From Acidobacteriota bacterium (GTDB lineage: Bacteria; Acidobacteriota; UBA6911; RPQK01; JAJDTT01), in the NCBI GenBank assembly GCA_965263035.1, contig OZ253580.1, positions 4,480,001 to 4,544,000 of the forward strand: a stretch of DNA of 64,000 bases, in the 5' to 3' direction. This document shows, one piece after another, positions 1 through 9,070 of this stretch (position 1 is the stretch's first letter; every line of letters starts with the position of its first letter). The notes under the pieces were generated by a model. The model did no database searches, was not told the origin of the DNA, and saw nothing but the letters and a program-made list of their open reading frames with translations. The position numbers and the translations under genes are program-made.

Positions 1-215
1 GTCACCTTCTGGTTCCCCTCTTGGCTCAACCGGCTCAGAAACTCCCGGATGGTGATGTGATCCAGATCGGAAGGCTTGATCTCTCTATCGGTGCGGCCGG
101 CGGTCAGGTGGCGGAAGAATTGCTCCAGGTCGCGGGAGTAGCTCTTCACGGTGTGGGGAGAGTAGTTTTTCTCGAATTTCAAATGGGCGACGAAGGATGC
201 CATCAGTGCTTGCAT
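1..215 (-). CDS. xerC: Tyrosine recombinase XerC/XerD family, N-terminal part (runs off the window)
   Basis: Manual translation from ATG 215: MQALMASFVAHLKFEKNYSPHTVKSYSRDLEQFF...DHITIREFL, typical of the Xer N-terminal SAM-like domain; frame open to base 1. Confidence 0.8.
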   Translation of the reverse strand, partial: MQALMASFVAHLKFEKNYSPHTVKSYSRDLEQFFRHLTAGRTDREIKPSDLDHITIREFLSRLSQEGNQKV

Positions 216-235
216 GAACTTCCAGCTCGAATCGG

Positions 236-1708
236 TCAGCGGCTCATACTCCCTCCCCGGGCCGCTTCCGGAAATCCCTGGCGGCCCCGGCGCTTTCCGC
301 GTGGGACGCCGACGCTGATCCCATAGGCCTTGATTTTCCGGTGCAGGTGGCTGCGTTCCATTCCGATCTCGGTGGCGGTTCGGGAAATGTTGCCACCATT
401 TTCCTGCAGCATTCGGGTCAGGAAATCGGACTCGAATGCCGCGCGGGCTTCCTGCCAGCTCCGGGACTCCGGCCGGGAGGCGCCGGCTGCGTCCAGGATG
501 GACCGGGGTAGGTCCGAAAGCTCCACCCGGCCACCCGGAACCATGATAATCCAACGCTCGACCATGTTGCGCAGCTCTCGGACGTTTCCCGGCCAGTGAT
601 ATTGAAGAAGCCGATCCCGGACCTCTGGAGGAATGACCTTTCCCGGTTTTCCATGATGGGGACTGAGCACCTCCATGAAGTAGTCCAGAAGCTGAGGAAT
701 GTCCTCCTTGCGCTCCCGTAGCGGCGGGACTTCGAAGGGGATGACGTTGAGCCGGAAATAGAGATCCTCCCGGAACCGGCCGGTTTCGATCTCCTTCTCC
801 AGGTCCTTGTTGGTCGCCGCCAGGACGCGCGTATCCACCTCGGTGGGCCGCTGGCTGCCCACCGGATAAAATCGTTGATCCTCCAGTACCCTCAGAACCC
901 GGGCCTGGGTCTTGAGACTCATGTCCGCCACTTCGTCCAGAAAGAGCGTTCCGCCGTCGGCCAGCTTGAAGCGGCCTTTCCGGTTCTCGGTTGACCCGGT
1001 GAACCCCCCCTTGACGCTCCCGAACAGTTCGCTCTCGATCAGGTCGTCCGGTATGGCCGCACAGTTGACTTCGACGAAGGGACCCTCCCGGCGCGCGCTG
1101 TTGAGGTGGAGCAGCCGCGCCACCAGTTCTTTGCCGGTGCCGTTCTCGCCGTAAATGACCACCCTTCCCTCCGTGGGGGCCGCGAAGTCGATCTGTTGCC
1201 GCAGCGCCTGCATCGGCACCGAGGTGCCGATCATGACCGTCTCCTGCCGGATCAGGTCCTTCAGACTCCGGTTTTCCGTCTCCAGGCGTTTCTGCTTGAG
1301 GGCATGGTCCAGCACCAGCAAGACCTTGTCGCGGGCCAGCGGTTTCTCGATGAAGTCGTACGCTCCCAGCTTGGTGGCTTGGACCGCGGTCTCGATGGTG
1401 CCATGGCCGGAGATCATGATGACGTACTGCCGGGAGCGGCGGGCTCGAATCTGCTTGAGCGCATCGATCCCGTCCATACCGGGCAACCAGATGTCCAGGA
1501 AGATGGCGTCGTAAGTGGTCCTGTCCACGAGGCGCAGCCCCTCCTCGGCGCTGGCCGCCGTGTGCACCAGGTAGCCCTCGTCTCTCAGGACCCCGTCCAA
1601 CGAACGGAGCACGCCCCGGTTGTCGTCTACGATCAACAGTCGGATTCTGGGATGATGTCCGGTCCTGATCGGATCGAGCCCCAGCGTCTTGTCGGCCGTG
1701 TGGATCAT
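236..1708 (-). CDS. NtrX-like response regulator (REC-AAA+-Fis HTH)
   Basis: REC (LIVDD, FLDIWLPGMDG), Walker A GENGTGKE, LFLDEV, FREDLYFRLNV, C-terminal HTH; coupled to an NtrY-like kinase. Confidence 0.9.
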   Translation of the reverse strand: MIHTADKTLGLDPIRTGHHPRIRLLIVDDNRGVLRSLDGVLRDEGYLVHTAASAEEGLRLVDRTTYDAIFLDIWLPGMDGIDALKQIRARRSRQYVIMISGHGTIETAVQATKLGAYDFIEKPLARDKVLLVLDHALKQKRLETENRSLKDLIRQETVMIGTSVPMQALRQQIDFAAPTEGRVVIYGENGTGKELVARLLHLNSARREGPFVEVNCAAIPDDLIESELFGSVKGGFTGSTENRKGRFKLADGGTLFLDEVADMSLKTQARVLRVLEDQRFYPVGSQRPTEVDTRVLAATNKDLEKEIETGRFREDLYFRLNVIPFEVPPLRERKEDIPQLLDYFMEVLSPHHGKPGKVIPPEVRDRLLQYHWPGNVRELRNMVERWIIMVPGGRVELSDLPRSILDAAGASRPESRSWQEARAAFESDFLTRMLQENGGNISRTATEIGMERSHLHRKIKAYGISVGVPRGKRRGRQGFPEAARGGSMSR

Positions 1709-3912
1709 ACGTACGGAAACTCCATGATGAAGCGGGTGCCGCGGGGCTCGTTCCGTTCCGCCCGGATGAAACCGTTGTGCTCGGAGACGATCTGTCTCAC
1801 GATGGCCAGTCCCAGGCCCGTGCCCCTCTTCTTGGTGGAGAAATAGGGGAGGAAGAGATTCTCGTAGTCTTCCGGGGCGATCCCGGTTCCATTGTCTTCG
1901 AATTCCACCACCACCGAACCTCGCGCTTGATTGTAACGGCTGCGAATTCCGATCTGGCGGCGGCCCTTGACTTCGACCAGGGCGTCAAGAGAGTTGTCGA
2001 TCAGATTGACGAAGACCCGCTGGATCTGGATCGGGTCCCAGCGCACGGTCTTGATTCCGGGGTCGAAGTGGGTGCTCACCCCGACGCTCTTCAAGGCCCC
2101 GTCGTAGCGGGCGAGGGTCTGTTCGACGAGTTTGGCCGGATCGACCTCCACGGGATGGCAGATGGGAAGACGTGCGAAACGGGAAAACTCCTCGACCAGG
2201 GTCTTGAGCGTGGCCGCCTCTGCGGTGATCAAAGTCGTCGCTTCCGTCAATGTCTCGCCGAACTGGCGAGTCTCGCGTGTCCTGGGCAGGGTTTTCTCGA
2301 TCCTGTGGAAGCGGTTCCGGATGCGATCGGCCGAGAGCTGGATGGGGGTCAGCGGGTTCTTGATCTCGTGAGCCAGTCGTCTGGCGACCTCCTGCCAGGC
2401 GGCGAATTTCTCAGCTCGGATCAGTTCCGTGAGGTCGTCCAGGACGACCAGGTGCTCGACTCCATTCTTGAACGGCAGGTGGGTGGTGGTCACGGTGACG
2501 GTGAGAGGCAGTTGTCCCAGGCCCCGCTTGAAGTTGACCCGTCGCCGGTCCGTGCTGAACAGGCTCACGCGGTTTTTCATGTCCTGAAAATCGGCGTAGA
2601 CATCCGGCTCCAGAACGCGGGTCATGGGCCGGTTCAGGATCTGCTCGGGACCCGCACCGAACATTTCCATGGCCGCCTTGTTGGCGGTGCGAATCACGTC
2701 GTTTCGGTCCACGCTCACCACCCCGGTGGCGATGTTTTCGAGAATCGTCTCGATATACCTGCGGCGTTCATCCAGACGCTCGTTGGTTTCCCGCAACTCG
2801 GCGTTGGCCTGCTCCAACCGGCTGCGGCTGTGGTGGATCTCGTCGGCCATCCGGTTGAAGGAGTCCACCAGGATCCCCAGCTCGTCCACCGCCGTCTGCT
2901 CCACCCGGTGGTCCAGGTTCCCTTCGGCAAGTTCCCGCGCACCCTGGGCCAGGGCCTCCAGCGGAACCGTGATTCTTCTGGCCATGTAGGTGCCCAGCCA
3001 GACGAAAACGACCACCACGACCAGGGTGGTGACCGCCAGGATCAGGTAGTAGCTGTACTCGAACTGTTTCCGGTTGCTCATCAACTCCAGATGCTTTTCC
3101 GATGCGGTCTGGACTTCCAGGGCGCGGAACCGGACGCTTTCAGGCAGGGTGAAGCTGGCCACGACCCCCCCCAGAACCGCTCCATCCGGACCGCGGGCCG
3201 GAACCGCAGCCAGACCTCGGTCCACGAACCTGCGGCGGTTCTGGTCGGCCTGGTAGGAGACCGTGTAATACTCCCCGCCTTCCAGGATTTCATCGAGGGC
3301 CGGTTCCCAGGAAGCTTCCGCCCAGTCGCCTTTCCGGAATCGGATCGTCCGGTCTCGATCCACGAGCATCAAACCGTCGAAACCCAGTTCAGTCATCCGG
3401 CCCAGCAGAGGGGAATCGACGGTGAAGCGGGTCCAGTCGATCTCCGCGGCGAGGGAACGCGCTGCGATCATGCTCACTGTCTCTTCCCTTTCGTAGTACT
3501 TGGCGGCAATGATCTCGGCCGATTCCAGCAGCCGCTCTGACGGGGAGCTGAACCAGAAGTCGAGATTCTTATTGATGAGTCCGGAAGCCACCAAAAAGAG
3601 AATCAGCGCGGGGAAGAGGGAGATGATGGTCAGGGTCAGCACCAGCTGCCGTTTCAAACGGCTGAGTCCCCGGCTGGATCGATGCTCGAAAAGCAGCTTG
3701 ATGAGATTCCGGGCAAAAATGAACAGAAGCGTCAGAGCCACTATGAAATAGATGGCCCAGACCGCGGACCACAGCGTCAGATTGGCGACGAACCGGGGGT
3801 TGCCTACGGAGGTGGGATTCAAGAAGAGAACGGCCACGATGACCAGGAGCGCGGAGCAGGCGAGAAGCGCTCCCGTCCAGTAGATTCTCCGGAGTCGTTC
3901 GAGCCGCTTCAT
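1705..3912 (-). CDS. NtrY-like sensor histidine kinase (TM-HAMP-PAS-HisKA-HATPase)
   Basis: AAWQEVARRLAHEIKNPLTPIQL, HAMP DELGILVDSFNRM, GTGLGLAIV; start set at MKRLERL (3912) rather than the longer ORF. Confidence 0.9.
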   Translation of the reverse strand: MKRLERLRRIYWTGALLACSALLVIVAVLFLNPTSVGNPRFVANLTLWSAVWAIYFIVALTLLFIFARNLIKLLFEHRSSRGLSRLKRQLVLTLTIISLFPALILFLVASGLINKNLDFWFSSPSERLLESAEIIAAKYYEREETVSMIAARSLAAEIDWTRFTVDSPLLGRMTELGFDGLMLVDRDRTIRFRKGDWAEASWEPALDEILEGGEYYTVSYQADQNRRRFVDRGLAAVPARGPDGAVLGGVVASFTLPESVRFRALEVQTASEKHLELMSNRKQFEYSYYLILAVTTLVVVVVFVWLGTYMARRITVPLEALAQGARELAEGNLDHRVEQTAVDELGILVDSFNRMADEIHHSRSRLEQANAELRETNERLDERRRYIETILENIATGVVSVDRNDVIRTANKAAMEMFGAGPEQILNRPMTRVLEPDVYADFQDMKNRVSLFSTDRRRVNFKRGLGQLPLTVTVTTTHLPFKNGVEHLVVLDDLTELIRAEKFAAWQEVARRLAHEIKNPLTPIQLSADRIRNRFHRIEKTLPRTRETRQFGETLTEATTLITAEAATLKTLVEEFSRFARLPICHPVEVDPAKLVEQTLARYDGALKSVGVSTHFDPGIKTVRWDPIQIQRVFVNLIDNSLDALVEVKGRRQIGIRSRYNQARGSVVVEFEDNGTGIAPEDYENLFLPYFSTKKRGTGLGLAIVRQIVSEHNGFIRAERNEPRGTRFIMEFPYV

Positions 3913-4078
3913 GATGCCGGCTGAGGGTCGGAAAGCGCCCCGGGTCACGCTTGTCAGGTCTCCCGAATCTTCGGTATTGTAGCATCTTCTCAGGCTTGAA
4001 CCGGATGACGGGGAAAGGGTGGGCGTCCGGCCGCGGCGCCAGATTTTGATAGAAGGGGCAAACTCGGGACAGCACGTG

Positions 4079-6094
4079 ATGGAGGGGCTGGGCGATCCTG
4101 AGTCTCTGCTGCGGGTCGGGGTCGACACCGGCGGCACCTTCACCGATTTCGTGGTCTGCCGCGGGGGGCGGATCGAATTCCTGAAGCTGCCCTCGACGCC
4201 GGCGTCCCCGGAACAGGCGGTCTTGGAGGGATTGGCCCGAATCCTCGGGGACGCTCCCGCTCTGGTTCAACATGGCTTTACCGTCGGCACCAACGCGTTG
4301 CTGGAGCGCAAGGGCGCCAAGATTCTTCTGGTGACGACCGAAGGTTTCCAGGACGTTCTGGAGATCGGCCGCCAGAACCGGGCCCATCTGTACAGTCTGG
4401 CCGCGCCCCGGGTCACACCGCTGGTTCCCCGCAGCCGGCGCGTCGGAATCGAGGAGCGGACGCTTCACGACGGAACGCGGCTGGAACCGCTGAAACGGGA
4501 GACTCTGGATCGGCTCCTGGAAAAGGTGCGGCGTCAGTCTCCCCAGGCCATCGCCGTAGTCCTGCTGCACAGCTATGTCAATCCACGTCACGAGGAGCTC
4601 GTCGGCAAGGCGCTGCAGGACAGCGGAATTCCGGTCAGTCTCTCCAGCCGCGTCCTGCCCGAGTTCCGCGAATACGAGCGAACGTCGGCGACCGTCATCA
4701 ACGCCTACCTGACTCCGGTGATCGACCGTTATCTGGAAGCCTTGAGCTCGAGCCCGTTGCTGGAGCGAGGCCGTCTCACGGTCATGCAGTCCAATGGGGG
4801 GACGGTACCCCTGGCTTCGACTTCCGTCGATCCGGTGAGAACTCTCTTTTCGGGACCGGCCGGAGGAGTCGTGGGAGCCTTCAAGCTTGCCCGGCAGGCC
4901 GGCTACGACCGGATCATCACTTTGGACATGGGGGGCACGTCCACCGATGTCTGCCTCTGCGACCAGCGCGTTCCCAGCACCGGAGAGGCCGAGGTGGACC
5001 GCTTTCCCCTCCCCGTCCAGACGATTCCCATTCGATCCGTCGGCGCGGGCGGAGGCTCCATTGCATGGGTCGATTCCGGGGGGCTGCTGCGGGTGGGCCC
5101 CAGGAGCGCAGGGTCCAGTCCGGGTCCCGTCTGCTATGGGAGGGGGCGGAGCATCACCGTGACCGACGCGAACCTCTTTTTGGGCAGAATCGACGCCGAG
5201 CGCTTTCTGGGCGGAGAGATGAAGCTCGATTCAGGACGGCTTCCCAGGTGCATGAGACAGCTTTCAAGCCAGATCAAGGAGCAGTCCTGGTCACTCGAGG
5301 AACTTTCCGAGGGAATCATCAGGATCGCAAACACCCAGATGGAAACGGCCTTGCGGATGATCTCGCTGGAAAAGGGCCACGACACGCGAGACTTCACCCT
5401 GGTGAGCTATGGCGGTGCAGGCGGGCTCCACGCCTGTGAGCTGGCTCGATCACTGATGATTCCGCGGGTCATGATCCCCCCTAGCCCGGGTCTGGTCTCC
5501 GCCTGGGGAATGATGGACACGCAGGTCGTCCGGGATCTCTCGCGTACCGTCCGTCTTGCCTTCAGCAATGCCAACGTGTCACGTCGCCTCCAGAAGAGGA
5601 TGGCGCCCCTGGTGAATCAGGCGCGCCGCCAATTGGCTCGGGATGGGTTCGCGGAGGAGCGGATCGAGGTGCAGCGGAGCGTGGACGTCCGGTACCTGGG
5701 GCAAGGTTACGAAATCAACGTTCCCTACTCGCGCAACCTGTTGCGGACCTTTCACAAGAAGCATGAGCGGCTCTACGGATACTCCAATCCTGGTCTCGCC
5801 GTGGAAGTGGTGACGCTGCGGGTTCGGGCCGCGGGCAGCCACGCCGAGCTGCCGCTTCCGGAAGCTGCCACCATCCCGAAGGAGCCACCCCGGGCCGTCG
5901 CCGAAGAGAAAAGAAAGGTCCTTTTCGGGGGGAGGCGCCGAATGACCCGCTCTTACGATCGCGACCGGCTGCAGCCTGGAACCCGGCTCAAGGCGCCCGC
6001 CGTGATCAGTGAATACAGCGCCACCACCTTGATTCCTCCCGGATTCAAGGGTCGCGTGGATCGATGGCGGAACCTGATTCTGGAGCCCGGCTAG
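4079..6094 (+). CDS. Hydantoinase/5-oxoprolinase subunit A family
   Basis: GVDTGGTFTD, SGPAGG, DMGGTSTD, VGAGGGS, GGAGGLHA motifs. Confidence 0.9.
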   Translation: MEGLGDPESLLRVGVDTGGTFTDFVVCRGGRIEFLKLPSTPASPEQAVLEGLARILGDAPALVQHGFTVGTNALLERKGAKILLVTTEGFQDVLEIGRQNRAHLYSLAAPRVTPLVPRSRRVGIEERTLHDGTRLEPLKRETLDRLLEKVRRQSPQAIAVVLLHSYVNPRHEELVGKALQDSGIPVSLSSRVLPEFREYERTSATVINAYLTPVIDRYLEALSSSPLLERGRLTVMQSNGGTVPLASTSVDPVRTLFSGPAGGVVGAFKLARQAGYDRIITLDMGGTSTDVCLCDQRVPSTGEAEVDRFPLPVQTIPIRSVGAGGGSIAWVDSGGLLRVGPRSAGSSPGPVCYGRGRSITVTDANLFLGRIDAERFLGGEMKLDSGRLPRCMRQLSSQIKEQSWSLEELSEGIIRIANTQMETALRMISLEKGHDTRDFTLVSYGGAGGLHACELARSLMIPRVMIPPSPGLVSAWGMMDTQVVRDLSRTVRLAFSNANVSRRLQKRMAPLVNQARRQLARDGFAEERIEVQRSVDVRYLGQGYEINVPYSRNLLRTFHKKHERLYGYSNPGLAVEVVTLRVRAAGSHAELPLPEAATIPKEPPRAVAEEKRKVLFGGRRRMTRSYDRDRLQPGTRLKAPAVISEYSATTLIPPGFKGRVDRWRNLILEPG

Positions 6095-6803
6095 TCCTGC
6101 GAAGAGAGATGTGGAACAGGAGGACTCCCGCCGCCACCGACAGGTTCAGGGATGCGACCCGTCCCTGCATGGGCAGCGCTGCCAGGAAGTCGCACTGCCG
6201 GCGCACGAGCCGGCGCAGACCCTGGTGTTCACCGCCCACGACCACGACCAGACGCAGGGTGGCGTCGATCTGGTTCAGACTGGTCGAGCCCCTCGGGTCC
6301 AAACCCACGATCCAGAATCCCGCCTGCTTGAGTTCGTCCAGGGTTCGAGACAAGTTGGAGACACGGCAGATCTTCAGATGCAGGGCGGCTCCGGCGCTGG
6401 CGGTGACGACGCTGGGGGTGATGGAACAGGAGCGGCGCCGCGGGATCAGGACTCCGTCGGCCCCGACCGCCTCGGCCGTTCTCAGGAGGGCGCCCAGATT
6501 GTTGGGGTCCTGGACGCCGTCAACGGCGACTAGCAGGTTTGGCTGCTGACTCAGGATGCGTTCGAGAGGAACCGGGGAGGCGCCGGAGACCCGGGCAGAG
6601 ACCTCCGAGTGACGCTGCCGCCTTTTTCCTGAAGAGGATCGGGCCGCCGCCTCGAACTGGATTGGGATTCCCAGGTGATGAGCCGACTCGACGATTTCCT
6701 GCAGTCTTGGATTCAGATCCCGTCTCCGGATCAGAATCTTCTCGACCTTGGGATTCTCCGCAGCCAATGCCTCCCGGACGGCATGGACCCCATGGACGAT
6801 CAT
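6045..6803 (-). CDS. rlmB: 23S rRNA (Gm2251) methyltransferase, SPOUT/TrmH family
   Basis: GVHAVREAL, DPNNLGALLRTAE, GGEHQGL, SLNLSVAAG. Confidence 0.88.
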   Translation of the reverse strand: MIVHGVHAVREALAAENPKVEKILIRRRDLNPRLQEIVESAHHLGIPIQFEAAARSSSGKRRQRHSEVSARVSGASPVPLERILSQQPNLLVAVDGVQDPNNLGALLRTAEAVGADGVLIPRRRSCSITPSVVTASAGAALHLKICRVSNLSRTLDELKQAGFWIVGLDPRGSTSLNQIDATLRLVVVVGGEHQGLRRLVRRQCDFLAALPMQGRVASLNLSVAAGVLLFHISLRRTSRAPESGSAIDPRDP

Positions 6804-6934
6804 GGGACAAGAACAAGATTGAGGAACGGATTCATGGCCGGAGTATACACTCGTATCAAGAGTGAAAACGGAACGCGCGAGGGGTGAGTGGAATATTCAG
6901 GTGGAGGTTCGTGGATTCAAAATGCGACGGCGAA

Positions 6935-6963
6935 TTGACTATATGGATGATGCTGCCTAGAAT
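6935..6963 (+). promoter_or_regulatory. sigma70-type promoter
   Basis: TTGACT-17 bp-TAGAAT, 20 bp upstream of ATG 6984. Confidence 0.7.
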
Positions 6964-6983
6964 GTGGAACTGAAAGAAAACTT

Positions 6984-8768
6984 ATGGCCTGTCCTTCAAT
7001 AGGTCGCCTGCCGGTTCACCTGTTTCTACTCGGTGTGCTCCTATCTCTGTCCGGAGTGTCGGTTCAAGCGTCCGCCCGGGGACAACTCTTCGGTCTGGTG
7101 CAAGACGAATCCGGGCTCCCGGTTTCCGATATTCTGGTGACGCTGACGGAAAGCTCCTCCGACGAAGGCTTGCCGGTTCTGACCCGCAGCGACGATTCGG
7201 GCCGGCTGTTCTTCAAGAATATGAGGGCGGGTTCCTACAGGGTCCTGGTCAAGAGCAGTCAGTACGCGGTGCGGAAGGCGGGTCCGGTGGAGATTCTTCC
7301 CGGACAGACGGCGGTGATGACCCTGGTGTTGCAGGAGTTGCTGGACGTCGAAGGGTTGGGAGGCCGCAACGTCAGCTTCAAGGCGCTGCTTCGCAATGCC
7401 GACCCGAGGCTCATTTTCCGCCATCTTCCCGAGTTGCTGGAGGGACGAACCAACCCCTGGTTTGAAAGCGCGGTTTTCCAGGTCTATTCCAGCGCCGGCC
7501 ATGGCGGAGACTATCTCCGTCTTCCCGACGACTCGGCGGGAGCGACCACGGCGAATTTCGGCATGGTGCAGAGTCTCCCCGGTGGCCGCGACTACATCTT
7601 CGCAGGCCAGCTGAATTCTGGCGAGGATTCGCTCTGGCGGATCAAGGCGTTCATGGACCAGACGCTGAGTGATCGCCACTCGGTGAGGGTCTTTCTGGGC
7701 CACGGCCGGATCGGTGTCCATCAGCCCGGAATGGCCTTGTTGGGGAATCCCGGGGCCCTGAGTCGTGACGTGAATTTCACCAATGCCGCCGGCACCACCA
7801 ACATCCTGAGTGTGGGTCTCGAAGACAGATTCTCATGGGGCGACACACTGGCCCTGACCTGGGGACTCGAGCTGAACAAGGTTCGATCGACCTCTAACTA
7901 TTCGACCCTGAGTCCGAGCGCCGAATTGACCCTGCGACCTGTGCCCCGCGCCCGTTTGCGGGTGACCATGGCGTCGAAGCGACCAACTCTCTACCAGAAT
8001 TCCGTGACCTTGGAGGACGGCCGTACCGTGGGTCTCTCGGATGCCGTCAAGATCTCGTGGATCGACAATCGATTGGAATTCGGCACCTCGCGCCACTACC
8101 GGGGAAGTCTGGCCTACAAGCTCTGGGAAAACACCGAGTTGGAGTTGGCCCGCTTCCAGGACCAGTTCTTCGGCGGAACCGTTCCCTTCATGGCTTTTTT
8201 CACGAGTTCCCCGGACCCGGATCTGGTCCGGCTCACGGACGATCAGGCCCGGACCTGGGGCAATCGGTTGACGCTGCGGCAGGGGATCAGCCGCAATGTT
8301 CGTGCCGGCGTTTCCTATATCCGCGGCACGGCGGTCAGCGTGGTTCCCGCCGGGTACGCCCTGGTGCTGGAAACGGCGGATGTCGGCAGCCTGTTGAAGA
8401 GAACGGGCTACGGCGCTGTCGACACCGAGCTGGGCGTGTTCATACCGACGACTCGGACCGAGTTGACGGCCGTGGTCAAGTTCGTGACGGACGGCGACCC
8501 CGTGACCCCGTTGGACGCGCTCTCGGATGCCTACGAGACCGGCAACAAGGGCCTGAATCTCTTTGTTCGTCAGATCATCCCCATTCCCGACAGCATCTTG
8601 AGCTTCCTCGGTCTGGACTTCCTCAACGGCCGCCGGATCGAGGCGCTTTTGGATATCCGCAATCTCACCAATGAGGACCTTGGCGTGGTTTCGAACGGTC
8701 CGGGTGGAAGCGTCGTTTTGGCCCAAAACCCAAGGTCCGTTCGGGGAGGAGTCACGGTCCGGTTCTGA
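6984..8768 (+). CDS. Secreted protein with carboxypeptidase-regulatory-like N-domain and a probable outer-membrane beta-barrel (TonB-dependent-receptor-like)
   Basis: Signal peptide; GLVQDESGLPV..GSYRVLV prealbumin-like fold; amphipathic strands; C-terminal Phe (GGVTVRF). Confidence 0.7.
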   Translation: MACPSIGRLPVHLFLLGVLLSLSGVSVQASARGQLFGLVQDESGLPVSDILVTLTESSSDEGLPVLTRSDDSGRLFFKNMRAGSYRVLVKSSQYAVRKAGPVEILPGQTAVMTLVLQELLDVEGLGGRNVSFKALLRNADPRLIFRHLPELLEGRTNPWFESAVFQVYSSAGHGGDYLRLPDDSAGATTANFGMVQSLPGGRDYIFAGQLNSGEDSLWRIKAFMDQTLSDRHSVRVFLGHGRIGVHQPGMALLGNPGALSRDVNFTNAAGTTNILSVGLEDRFSWGDTLALTWGLELNKVRSTSNYSTLSPSAELTLRPVPRARLRVTMASKRPTLYQNSVTLEDGRTVGLSDAVKISWIDNRLEFGTSRHYRGSLAYKLWENTELELARFQDQFFGGTVPFMAFFTSSPDPDLVRLTDDQARTWGNRLTLRQGISRNVRAGVSYIRGTAVSVVPAGYALVLETADVGSLLKRTGYGAVDTELGVFIPTTRTELTAVVKFVTDGDPVTPLDALSDAYETGNKGLNLFVRQIIPIPDSILSFLGLDFLNGRRIEALLDIRNLTNEDLGVVSNGPGGSVVLAQNPRSVRGGVTVRF

Positions 8769-8965
8769 TTTCCCACCGCCGTTCCTGCTGTTCCGGAAGC
8801 AGGCCTCCCGGTAACGCTCTGATCCGGGGGACGCATGTCGACAATCCAAATTATTGGATCTCGTACGAGAGATTGGACTGATTTCTCCGTCAGGGGTGCA
8901 CCGGCCTTCTCGCAGGGACGAGAATCCCTCTTCTTCTCAGGAGATTTCGTGGGTCGACCGGTAGA

Positions 8966-8980
8966 TGGCACCGATCTTGC
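8966..8980 (+). promoter_or_regulatory. sigma54 (-24/-12) promoter
   Basis: TGGCAC-CGATC-TTGC matches the consensus; lies upstream of an operon encoding a GAFTGA activator. Confidence 0.75.
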
Positions 8981-9070
8981 GAATGAATGGTGGGGTATTG
9001 GAAGGGTCATGAAAAGCGTCGCCGTCGTGTGCGTCATTTCCGTTGCCGGCCGTTTCTGAGGGAGCCGTTC

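Noticed and set aside
1-215. Prophage or island integrase
   Set aside because: The sequence and its operon context fit housekeeping XerC, and no phage genes are nearby
1777-3540. Long antisense ORFs (also 33281-34879, 57058-58278, 24081-25415 and others)
   Set aside because: These are shadow frames of well-supported genes in high-GC DNA, with no recognisable motifs
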